A DNA stretch of 64,000 nucleotides from an uncultured delta proteobacterium (GTDB lineage Bacteria; Desulfobacterota; Desulfuromonadia; Desulfuromonadales; JACZKF01). The translations under genes and the position numbers were made by a program. The notes under the pieces were generated by a model. It was given only the letters and a program-made list of their open reading frames with translations, did no database searches and was not told the origin of the DNA. Within the stretch, counting starts at the first letter, position 1. Each line of letters begins with the position of its first letter. The stretch spans positions 256,001-320,000 of the forward strand of contig CAWFKQ010000006.1 of NCBI GenBank assembly GCA_963816395.1, read 5' to 3'. Of this stretch, positions 43,609 to 53,777 are shown piece by piece.

Positions 43609-44517
43609 ATGCTGAAAGATAAACGAGGATTCTCGCTGGTCGAACTGCTGGTCGTCGTTGTCATCATGGGCATGGTCATTACCGCAGTGCTCGGGCTGTA
43701 TGTCAACGTACAGCGATCCACCGGCACCACTGAAGATATAGCCGAAGTGCAACAGACATTGAGGGTCGCTCTTGACCGGATTGCTCGGGATGTGGTCATG
43801 AGTGGATTTCTCGTTGGCATTGGCAATCCGATTACCGATGCAGAGGCCGATACCATGACGACCGTCACGGCCACCAGCTTCGACTCCTTTGCGCGGATTG
43901 CGACGGGTAATGTTTTTCTGGCGGGGTCCTCGGGTGCAGTGACGATTGCAGTCGACAATGCCGCCATGGCCCAGCTTGTTTCGGATTCCGGCTATGTCCG
44001 CATTGTTAACCCATTGGATGGCTGTCAGCGCGCTGAACCGACTTCCGGTAGTTGCGGCGATGGCAATTCGCCCTTCTTTCAGGTCACCAGTGTGAATACC
44101 AGTGATACGAATCCGACACTGACTCTCAAGCCAAAACTGCTAGCTGGGGCCCCCCTCGCCGTTCAGGACTATAGCCCCTTGACCGATATTAAGGTTTCCG
44201 TAGGGGACATGATCGTCCAGGTCCCCAGCCCGGCTAGCGATAGCACCTTTCCCAACCCGGTCACCTATGCGTTGAACAGTGGGAATTTGCTGCGGAATAA
44301 TTTGGCCCTCGCCGACAAGATGACTGGTCTGCAGTTTGACTATTTGATGGACGACGGTGGTATCGAGCCGGTTGCTCCTGCGACGTCGGTCTCGGCCGGT
44401 CGGTTGGCTCATATCGTGGCAGTCCGGGTTACCCTGACGGGAGCCACCCCTGCTACGGCCCAGGAAGCCGCCAAAACTCGGCAGATTCAATCGACGATCA
44501 AGCTGCGCAATAAATAG
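43609..44517 (+). CDS. pilW: Type IV minor pilin PilW
   Basis: RG|FSLVELLVVVVI; QQTLRVALDRIARDVVMSG; C-terminal IKLRN. Confidence 0.85.
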   Translation: MLKDKRGFSLVELLVVVVIMGMVITAVLGLYVNVQRSTGTTEDIAEVQQTLRVALDRIARDVVMSGFLVGIGNPITDAEADTMTTVTATSFDSFARIATGNVFLAGSSGAVTIAVDNAAMAQLVSDSGYVRIVNPLDGCQRAEPTSGSCGDGNSPFFQVTSVNTSDTNPTLTLKPKLLAGAPLAVQDYSPLTDIKVSVGDMIVQVPSPASDSTFPNPVTYALNSGNLLRNNLALADKMTGLQFDYLMDDGGIEPVAPATSVSAGRLAHIVAVRVTLTGATPATAQEAAKTRQIQSTIKLRNK

Positions 44518-44530
44518 GAGAGGATTGGCC

Positions 44531-45079
44531 ATGGCTGTACCTACCATTGGGCAGAGCATTGAAACGTATAGACGCAGCCCCCTTGGTCAGGAGCAGGGCT
44601 TTGCCCTGATTCTGGCCATCGCGATGTTGGCGATCTTGAGTATTCTGGGGGCCATTGCCCTGAGTACCACCGATACGGAACTGAAGGTCACCAGTAATTA
44701 TCAAGACTATAGGCAGACCTTTTTTTCTGCCGCTCGCGCTGCCGAGTATGCGACCAACCGCGAAATGCTGATGGGTATGGCGGGTTCCGTAAACCTGGTG
44801 ACGGCCGATGCCGGGGTGCATAAAGAGCGGATCGACGCAGGGGGTGGCGGCGTCTTGCAATCGGGGTTGGTCACCGACCTGGGGCCCAGCGATCTTCCCG
44901 CCAAGATGAAAACAGCCTACGGAAGTGATTTCGGCGCCAATCTCTACCATGTGACGGTAGACAGCCAAAGTGCGGCAGCCGCCGTTGGCAACCAGTCCGA
45001 AGTTCGGATTGATGCCACAATCGTTCGCCTTTTCAAGAACGAAGACGATACTATTTTTCGCACGTCAGGGGGAGGTTGA
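44531..45079 (+). CDS. pilX: Type IV minor pilin PilX
   Basis: QG|FALILAIAML lacking Glu5 (PilX/GspK type); FFSAARAAEYA. Confidence 0.8.
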   Translation: MAVPTIGQSIETYRRSPLGQEQGFALILAIAMLAILSILGAIALSTTDTELKVTSNYQDYRQTFFSAARAAEYATNREMLMGMAGSVNLVTADAGVHKERIDAGGGGVLQSGLVTDLGPSDLPAKMKTAYGSDFGANLYHVTVDSQSAAAAVGNQSEVRIDATIVRLFKNEDDTIFRTSGGG

Positions 45080-45081
45080 GC

Positions 45082-48000
45082 ATGACCAGGCGAATCATCC
45101 TTGCAGCAATCTGGCCGTTGTTGTTTTTGCTGCCGGTCACCGTCATGGCTGCACCTGACAGCTATATCGGCGATGCGGCAATCTATTCGGCGCTCGCTGG
45201 AAGCAGTACCCGCCCCAAGCCGCACGTCCTTTTCCTGATCGACACCAGCCGGGCCACGCTCAACCAGGCTTCCGGCGTTCCCTATTACATCGATTCTGAC
45301 CCCGATACAGACGGCATCCAGCCCTATCCCGATGCCGGGTACGAACCCTGGAGTATTTATGCCTTCAAATCCTCAAACGGCACCTGGACTCTGGCATTCC
45401 CCAACGACACCGATGATCTCGAGAACCTGACTTGTGCCAACAACGATTCGGTAATTAAAAACACCCTGTTGGCCAGCGGCACCTACTCGGGGTCCGGCAG
45501 CACCGACTATCCCAATCTCAAAGCCGGTACAGGCAGCAGCAAGGATCTCGCGGTCTGCGACACGGGTCCCAATGGTGCGACTTACGCTTTGGGAAATTAT
45601 CTGAATTATACCCATGCCAGCGGCACGTCCGAAACGGTGGTGAAGAAGACCTACACATGCGGTATATCGAAAAATGGGAATAGTAATCCAAAGACAGTGA
45701 CGGATGGATGCGTCGCGACTTATATCCCGATTGCCGATTCCACCGGCATCGAACCCGGTTCGGCTGCGGATGGAGGAATTGGTACCTGACCGGCAGCGGC
45801 TGGTGCCCACTGACTCTGACTGCAGCGCGAACTCAAGCCCATCCCAATTATCGGTCGACAGCAGTGTCCTGGATTGGTCTGCCGACACTTCGTACTCAGC
45901 CTCCTCCACGGTGCTCGGCGAAACCCAGCGACAAATCATCTATGACGCACTCGCCACGGTGGTCAGTGGGGCGCGCTATGCCGTCAAATTCGGTGCTATG
46001 ACCTTTAATCCCAATAACCAGGGGGGCAATCTGGCCTACCCAATGACCGACCTGACCAACGACGATTCTGATTTTTTAGACTCTCTTCCCCGTGATTCCT
46101 ATGACCCCTATCTGATCAATTCAGGCCCCAACCGGCCCCAGGCCGAAGCCTTGTATGATGCCGGCCATTATTTCGGGGCTCACTACCCCACCAGCGGCAC
46201 TATCGCCTCCGATGCGGTCTTTCCGCTGGATGCCAGCGGCCTGGATGCCTCGGGCCACATCAGTTCCACCATGGCCGCCGATTACGGCAGCACCAACCGC
46301 AACCAATGCGGCTACGACCACATCATCCTGATCACCAACGGGCTCTCCAACGGCGACGGAAATGGTGGCAATGGTCCACTTGCCAAAATCGTGGATGCCG
46401 ACGGCGATGCCAACCCCACTGAAGATACGTACGGTGAGGGCTCCCATTACCTGGATGATGTCGCTGCTTACCTGCACAAGCAGGAAGGGATGACCGTTCA
46501 CACCATCCTTGCCTTCCAGGCCGCCGACCCGCTGGTGCAACATGCGGCTATTGTCGGCGGGGGGAAGTTTTACAACGTGTACGATGCCAATACCCTGGCC
46601 GATGCGCTGAGCAAACTTCTGGCCAGCATCGTGCTGGAAACCGATACCTCCTTCGTGGCGCCGGTGGTGCCGGCCAGCAGCACCAACCGGACCATCAGCA
46701 GTAACCGGGTCTATCTCGGCCTGTTCAAGCCCCAGAGCAACGAGCCCTGGCTCGGCAACCTCAAGAAGTACGGCGTGAGCAGCGACCTGACCCTGCTGGA
46801 TAAGAGCAGTATCGTGGCTACGGATGCGAACGGCGATTTTCTGCCGGATTCGAAATCCTATTGGGGCGCCGATGCATCGGACAAGATCATGGCGATCGAC
46901 GGATTGTTGCCGCTGGCTGCGGGAGCAGTCGCCGGTGACGGCGGTAACGTTGCCGCCGGCGGGGCCGGTGGGACGTTGAAGCTGCAATTGCAGGCTGGGC
47001 TGGCTGCCTCGCCGTCCCAGGCGGCCTGGGAGGTGAGAGATATCTATACCTATCCCAGCGGGTCTTCATCGACGACCCTGACCGATGCAGATAATCGTTT
47101 TTCACCCAATAATGATACCTTGATAACTGCGGCCACCCTTGATGTGGCCGATACCACGGAAAAGAACAAATTGATCAATTTCATCGCCGGTGCCGATGGC
47201 TTCGATGACGACAGGGACGGTGATTCCACGGAAATCCGTGATTGGGTTCTCGGCGATGTGTTGCATTCCAAACCCTTGATCTTCAATTACGCCAGTTTTA
47301 GCTCAGGTCAGGAATCCGACCCTAATTACAACAAATCGATGGTTTTCGTCGGCACCAATGACGGCATGTTCCATGCCTTTAATGATGCGGACGGCAAGGA
47401 ATCGTGGGCCTTCATTCCCGACAACATATTGCCGCAACTGAAGGATCTGAGAGATTCGGCTCATAATTACTTTGCTGACGGAACCCCCGTTGCCTATGTT
47501 CATGACGTGAATAACGATGGCATTGTCCAGGCGAACGATGGGGACAAGGTCGTGATCCTTTTCGGCCAGGGCCGCGGCGGCGGGCGCAGCACGCTCGACG
47601 CGACAGGTTCGCGCGGCGCCTACTATGCCCTCGATGTATCGAATCCTCAGGCTCCGGTCCTACGCTGGAAGATTGACAGTTCGACTGCCGGTTTCGGCGA
47701 GCTCGGCGAAACCTGGAGTACGCCACGCCTGGCCAAGGTCAAAATCGGTACGGTCGCCAAAATCGTCGCCTTTGTCGGCGCCGGCTATGATAACAACGAA
47801 GACCTGCGTTTCGGGAACAACATGCTCTTTCCGGCCACGACTGCGACGACCGATACCACTTTGCCCACTCAGGACAGTGGGCAGGCCACCTCCACGGATA
47901 GCAGTGACCCGCTGAATCCCAGAGGGCGGGGAGTCTATGCGATTGAGGTCGCTGCCCTTGTAAAAGATAATAATACCGGAATCTACACACCCGATTTTAC

Positions 48001-48925
48001 CAATGAGGGTACGTTGCTCTGGTCGTACACGCATACCTCGTCGAATGGTATGAATTATTCGATTCCCTCCGATCTTACCGTCATGGACATGGATGGGGAT
48101 GGTTTCTCGGACCGGATATATGTCGGCGATCTAGGGGGGCGAATCTGGCGGTTCGACATCGGAGACAGCAGCACCGCCAGTTGGACCGGCCGAATGATTT
48201 TTAAAGCGAATTCCAGCACGGAGTCCGTCAAGGGGAGGAAAATCTTTTACAAGCCGACAGTCGCCCTGACCAATGGAATTCCTACTCTCTACTTTGGCAC
48301 GGGAGATCGCAGTCATCCCTTGAATACGGCGGTGACCGACCGACTGTTTGCCGTGCGCGACCGCGGTCAGTTGACCCCGGTCGATATCAGCGCTCTGATG
48401 GATATGACGGCAGACACATTGCAGGCAACCAATACCACTGCAAGCGAGATCGATAGCATCCTGACGACGCTTAACGCCGGTAGCAATTATGGCTGGTATA
48501 TCGACTTGAATCGGGCGGGAGAAAAGGTCCTCGCTACGTCATTGGTGTTTAACGGGCAGGCCTTTTATACTACCTATACTCCGTCGTCCGATGCGGAACT
48601 TGATACCTGCCAAATTGGCAATCTGGGTACCTCCCGCGTCTATCAACTCGATTACGCCACCGCAGAGGCGGTACGGGATTACTATATCGACAATAATTCA
48701 GTTAACGCCTATGCCAATAACGCCCGGGCTAAGGGCGGAGACGGTATTGCTTTACAGCAAGGGGATCGTGAGAAGACCATCGGGGTAGGGATCCCCTCAG
48801 GGATTGTCACTCTGATAGATGCCAGCGGTAAGGTAACCCTAATGATCAGCAGTAGTAACCGGGTGGGGACCTATGGGATGCCGGATGCAAAACTGATTTC
48901 CCCCCTTTACTGGCTGCAATATTAA
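45082..48925 (+). CDS. pilY1: PilY1-type pilus tip adhesin (frameshift near 45770)
   Basis: Signal peptide, vWA-like region, WLGNLKKY, LGDVLHSKP, VGTNDGMFHAF, GETWSTP, Ca-loop DMDGDGFSD, YFGTGDR, C-terminal YWLQY. Confidence 0.88.
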
Positions 48926-48935
48926 GGAAAAAAGC

Positions 48936-49902
48936 ATGAAGCCTGTGCGTTGTCAGTCTCTCTGCATTGCTTTTATGCTGATGCTTCCTCTATTGTTATT
49001 TCCTGGATGTTCCAAAAAAGCGGGTACCCCGACTGCCAAATCGACTGAACCCCAACCCTCCGCCGGGTCTCAACCCGGGGGGGGCTCCTATCGGTCCTCC
49101 AGCGATCTCGACAAAGAAATCTGGCGATGGGGTTGTCGTCATTTTACCCGAAGAACCGCGGGCAGATACGCTATTGATGGCGGTTTATCAGGGGCCGGCT
49201 GGCAAACTGTCATTTAGTTGGGACGTCAATGGCAATGTGCTTGAGAATGCGAAAGGGGATCGACTTCCGGTTGGCCCTTACCGGAAGGGGGATACCGTTA
49301 CGGTTACGGTTTTTAATGGAGATCGTAAGTATCATGCATCCACCGACATTGGCAATACTCCGCCAAAAATCCTGAAGATTGAGTTGAAGAACCCGAAAAT
49401 TTGCCGAAATGTGGATATAGAACTGGATGTTGTGGCGGCAGACGACGATCGTGATGACATAGCGCTTGATTATACCTGGTTCCGGAACAATGAACCGCTT
49501 GATTTTGGCGAGGGGAACGTTTTGCCGGGAAGCCAGATTTATCGAGGCGACCATATTCGCTTTGTGGTAGTGCCCCGCGATGACGCCAGCCAGGGAGTGC
49601 CCTATGAATCGGCAGAAATAATTATCCCGGATGCGCCACCGCAGTTTGTGACGGCACCTCCGAAGAGTTTTTCGGCAATGTCTTATTCTTATAACGCAAA
49701 AGCTGAGGACCCGGATGGTGATGTGATCAGCTATTCGCTGGACTCCCCCCCGCCCGGCATGAGTATCGATGCAAATTCCGGACTGGTGGAATGGGACTTG
49801 ACTCATGCAATGCCTGGGGAACACGCGGTCAGTATCGTTGCAGATGATTCGGCTGGACAGAAGGCCTATCAGGATTTTTCGCTGGTCATCCAGCAACCTT
49901 GA
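48936..49902 (+). CDS. Putative lipoprotein with Ig-like/cadherin-like domains (frameshifted)
   Basis: Lipobox-like FPGC; AEDPDGDVISYSL...PPGMSIDANSGLVEW repeat. Confidence 0.7.
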
Positions 49903-49905
49903 AAG

Positions 49906-50421
49906 GTGGAGAGCGTTTTGGGAAAAGAGGGTGGATTCACGCTGGTGGAGTTATTGATTGTCTTAGGTGTTCTTGCCATCCTGGGGGCAATTGCGTTGCC
50001 CGCATGGATGAACTGGTCCAGAAGTGCCAGATTTCGCGAGGCATCGCAAGTGGCGCTTTCTGCACTGATGCAGGCCAAGGGGCGGGCGATCAATACCAAC
50101 GAGAAGACCCAGGTGGCGTTCACGCTTGATAGCGCAAGTGCTAATACGGGCAATATAGTAGAAACTTTTCGGGTGACCAACGATGGGTCCAATCCGAGGT
50201 TGTCGAGCCAGACTTTCGCCCCCGGAGTCGAAATAAAAAGGAACAGCAACTGCGATGTCGATGATGGAGCAGTATCGATCAATTTCAACCCCGATGGTAC
50301 CTCCGGCGCTGGTTACATTTGTATTTTTAATGGTACAACAAAAAAGTACCGTGTCGGGGTTGGCAACTCTACAACGGGGCGGATCCAGGCTGAGAGGTGG
50401 GATGGTTCCACTTGGAAGTGA
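49906..50421 (+). CDS. FimT/FimU (GspH-like) minor pilin
   Basis: GG|FTLVELLIVLGVLAILGAIALP; AKGRAI; INFNPDGT. Confidence 0.85.
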   Translation: MESVLGKEGGFTLVELLIVLGVLAILGAIALPAWMNWSRSARFREASQVALSALMQAKGRAINTNEKTQVAFTLDSASANTGNIVETFRVTNDGSNPRLSSQTFAPGVEIKRNSNCDVDDGAVSINFNPDGTSGAGYICIFNGTTKKYRVGVGNSTTGRIQAERWDGSTWK

Positions 50422-50467
50422 GAGGCGTGGTATCCTCAAACTGGGAGAGATCAGGTTCGGGTGAAAC

Positions 50468-50953
50468 ATGGATGAAGACATCGACAAATATCTTCCCCAC
50501 TGGCGCCAGCGTCTGGAGGAGGAAGCTTCTGCCCTGACGCAGAGGCGACAGGCGGCGGAAGAGGCAGCCCGCCGGATGGCCCGCATCCTGGTGCAGGAAT
50601 TTGCCGCTGAGCGTGTTTATCTGATAGGGTCTCTCGCCGACAGGGAAAGATTCGGCAGTCCTCCGCCCCCTCCCAACCTTTCCCATCTGAAGGGTTCCAG
50701 GGGGTATCTCCCTTACCCATTAAAACCCTCCTCGGTCCCTCTAGACCAGACAAAACAGGAAAGGATTTTCTGCCTTCCCTCACCTTCTCTCTCTTTACGC
50801 TTCAGGCACCTCTTCAGAAACATATATGGTTTTGAATTGCGTTGGAATCGTATCGAGGAACTCGGTCATGGTCTGACGGAAATCCTGTACGCCCTGCGGC
50901 AGGATATTGAGCGTTTTCTTGGTTTCCTCACCAGTATGCAGGAGAACTTGTAG
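50468..50953 (+). pseudogene. Fused remnant of a nucleotidyltransferase (MNT) / HEPN toxin-antitoxin pair
   Basis: The N-half (ARILVQEFAAERVYLIGSLA) is MNT-like but breaks before the DxD motif. The C-half (FRHLFRNIYGFELRW) is HEPN-like. A low-complexity pyrimidine-rich linker joins them. Confidence 0.6.
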
Positions 50954-51074
50954 TATTCCTTCGTCCTATCCCCCCACCCATCCCCTTTTCACCCTCCTTT
51001 TCCCTCTTGCCCCGCTCCACCGATTCCCGTATAGTAATCCAATCGTATCTCTCGGCATTAAGGAGCTGTTCTCC

Positions 51075-52430
51075 ATGGCTAAAATCGTTCCATTTCGCGG
51101 TGTTCGCTACAACCTGGCGCGGCTGGAAAACCCCGCCGGGGTCATGGCCCCGCCCTACGATGTCATCTCTCCTGCACTGCAGGATGAACTCTACCAGCGC
51201 AATCCCTTCAACGTGGTGCGGCTGATCCTCGGCAAGACCTCGCCGCAGGACACCGAAGCCGACAACCGCTATACCCGCGCCGCCGCCGATTTCCAGCTCT
51301 GGCAGCGGGAAGGGGTGCTGGTGCGCGACGCCGAGCCTTCCATCTATCTTTACGACCAGCAATACCCCAGCGAGAGCGGGGAGATGGTGGTGCGCAAGGG
51401 TTTTATCGCCCTGGCCCGGCTGGAGGATTTCTCTTCCGGCGTGGTCAAGCCCCACGAGAAGACCCTGGCCGGCCCGAAAGCCGACCGGCTGCTGCTGACC
51501 AAGGCCTGCGGCGCCAACTTCAGCCCGATTTTCTCCCTCTACTCCGATCCCTGCTGCGTCCTCGAAGCGCTGGCCCGCAAGGAGAAGGAGCGCGGCGCCC
51601 GAGCTGGAGGTGAAGGATGACGACGGGGTGGTCCACCGCCTCTGGCGGGTCACCGACCCGGCGATCATCGACAAGGCGCAGGGGCTGCTCGACAACAAGC
51701 CGCTGTTCATCGCCGACGGCCATCACCGCTACGAGACGGCCATCAACTACCGCGACTTCATGCGGGAGAAAAACCCCGGCTTCACCGGCAAGGAACTGTT
51801 CAACTACGTCCTGATGTACTTCGCCAACATGGAAGACCAGGGGATGACGATTTTCCCCACCCACCGGCTGGTATTCAATCTGCCGGATTTCCGGCTCTGC
51901 CTTCTTTCCTCGAGGCGTTGAGAGAGGCGTTCGACGGTGGAGGAACGGCAATTCCCGATCGACGATCCTGCGGCCGCGGACGGCAAGATTCGCGAGATGC
52001 CTGCGGGAGAAGGGCGGAGAAGGGCACGCCCTGGCCCTCTATGCCGGCGGCGAAACAGTCTATTTCCTCCGCCTGCGGGACGAGAAGGTAATGGACCGCT
52101 TTTTCGAGGCGAAGGCCCCCAAGGCGCTGCGTACCCTTGATGTCTCCATTCTGCACCGGTTGATTCTCGAAGAATCGCTCGGCATCACCGGCGAGGCGCA
52201 GGAGCAGCAGACCCACCTGAAATATGTGAAGAACTTCGACGAGCCCTTCGACCTGGTGCGCGGCGGCGATTTCCAGCTTGGCCTTCCTGATGAATCCGAC
52301 CCGGATGAGCGAGGTGCGCGACGTGGCCAATGCCGGGGAGAAGATGCCGCAGAAATCGACCTATTTCTATCCGAAGCTGCTGACCGGCCTGGTGATCAAC
52401 CGGATCGTCGAAGGGGAAATGGCGGAATAA
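51075..52430 (+). CDS. DUF1015 family protein (frameshifted)
   Basis: IVPFRGVRY, APPYDVIS, PHEKTL, FIADGHHRYETA, PTHR, MPQKSTYFYPKL. Confidence 0.9.
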
Positions 52431-52433
52431 AGC

Positions 52434-52524
52434 AGGCAAGAGGCAAGAGGCTAGCGGCAAGAGCGTACTAGAAAAAGGCAAAAATGAGTTAGCCTTAGGC
52501 CTTGACCAGCTTGAGCCTTGCACC
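52434..52524. repeat. Heptamer (AGGCAAG)n inverted array
   Basis: aggcaag aggcaag aggctag cggcaag ... gccttag gccttg...gagccttg. Confidence 0.65.
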
Positions 52525-52544
52525 TGATCTTTCAGGAGTTGCGT

Positions 52545-53586
52545 GTGGAAATTCTTGGCATCGACATCGGTTTCGGCTTCACCAAGGCGAGCAACGGCCG
52601 GGACTCCCTGGTCTTCAAGTCGGTGCTGGGCGAGGCCACCGAGATCCAGTTTCAGGAAGCCGTGCTCGCGGATGCCGGGAGCGATGAGCACTCCAGATGG
52701 AACTGGACGGCAAGGCCTTTTTCCTCGGCGATCTGGCCGAGCGGCAGAGCAATGTGCGTTTTTTCACCCTCGACCAGGCCCAGTTCATCAGCAGCAGCGC
52801 CAAGGCCCTGGCTCTGGCGGCCGCCGCCCGCCTGGTCGGGCAGCCATATCCCGATCAACCTGGTCACCGGCCTGCCCATCGGCCATTATCGCCAGCACAA
52901 GGACGAGATCGCCCGCATCCTGCAGGGGGAGCACCGGGTGGCCTTGGTCGATGCCGGCGGCAAACGGCAGGAAAAGGTCATCAACATCAACAAGGTGCGG
53001 GTCATCCCGCAGCCGTTCGGCTCCCTGTTCAACCTGATGCTCAACGATCTCGGCGAGGTGGGGGACAAGCGGCTGGTGAAGGAGAAGATCGGCATCATCG
53101 ACGTCGGCTTCCGTACCTCCGACTATACGATCTCCGACCGGATGCGCTACTCCGAGCGCGGAAGCCGGACCACCGATTCGGGGATTGCCCGGGCCTTCAC
53201 CGTGATTGCCACCAAGCTGCGCGAGCGAAGCGGCGTCAATGTCGAGCTCTACCGCCTGTTCGAGGCGGTGGATACGGGGCTCGATCAAGATCCGCGGCAA
53301 GGAATACGACCTCAAGGGGCTGACCGAACAGGTCTTCGGCCAGCTCGCCGCTACCATCGGCAACGAAGTCGACCGCCTGTGGGCCGACGACTGGGACATG
53401 GACACCATGGTCATTACCGGCGGCGGCGGAGCGGTTCTGGCCAAATACCTGCAGCCGCTGCTCAAGGGCCACGTGCTGCCCGTCGATCCGGCCAAGGATG
53501 CCCGCCTGTACAATGTCCAGGGCTACTGGAAATTCGGCAAGCACGTCTGGGCGCGCGGGGTCATCCCGGCGCCACAGGGGAGCTGA
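52545..53586 (+). CDS. ParM/StbA-family actin-like ATPase (frameshifted)
   Basis: Phosphate-1 GIDIGFGFTK, VTGLP, IPQPFG, phosphate-2 IIDVGFRTSD, adenosine TGGGG, NVQGY. Confidence 0.85.
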
Positions 53587-53600
53587 CATTCGACTTTTTT

Positions 53601-53679
53601 AACGCAAAGGCGAGATCAGGCAAAGGTTTTATCCCAATTATTTCCTTTGCGCCTCTCTTTTCCTTAGCGCCTTTGCGTT
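53601..53679. repeat. Intergenic palindromic element
   Basis: AACGCAAAGGCG (53601-12) / CGCCTTTGCGTT (53668-79) perfect inverted repeat with inner GCAAAGG/CCTTTGC; similar to the hairpin of the 25388 element. Confidence 0.75.
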
Positions 53680-53777
53680 GAGAGCCCGTGAGCCACGGGT
53701 CCATAGGGGAACTGCTATAATCTTCCTGCATTCTTCTCAACAGATTACAATTCCAAGCCGTCGAGATGGGTATCGCT

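Noticed and set aside
52434..52524. Heptamer array as a parC centromere for the ParM-like gene
   Set aside because: The same repeat type occurs at unrelated sites in the window and no ParR-like gene is adjacent.
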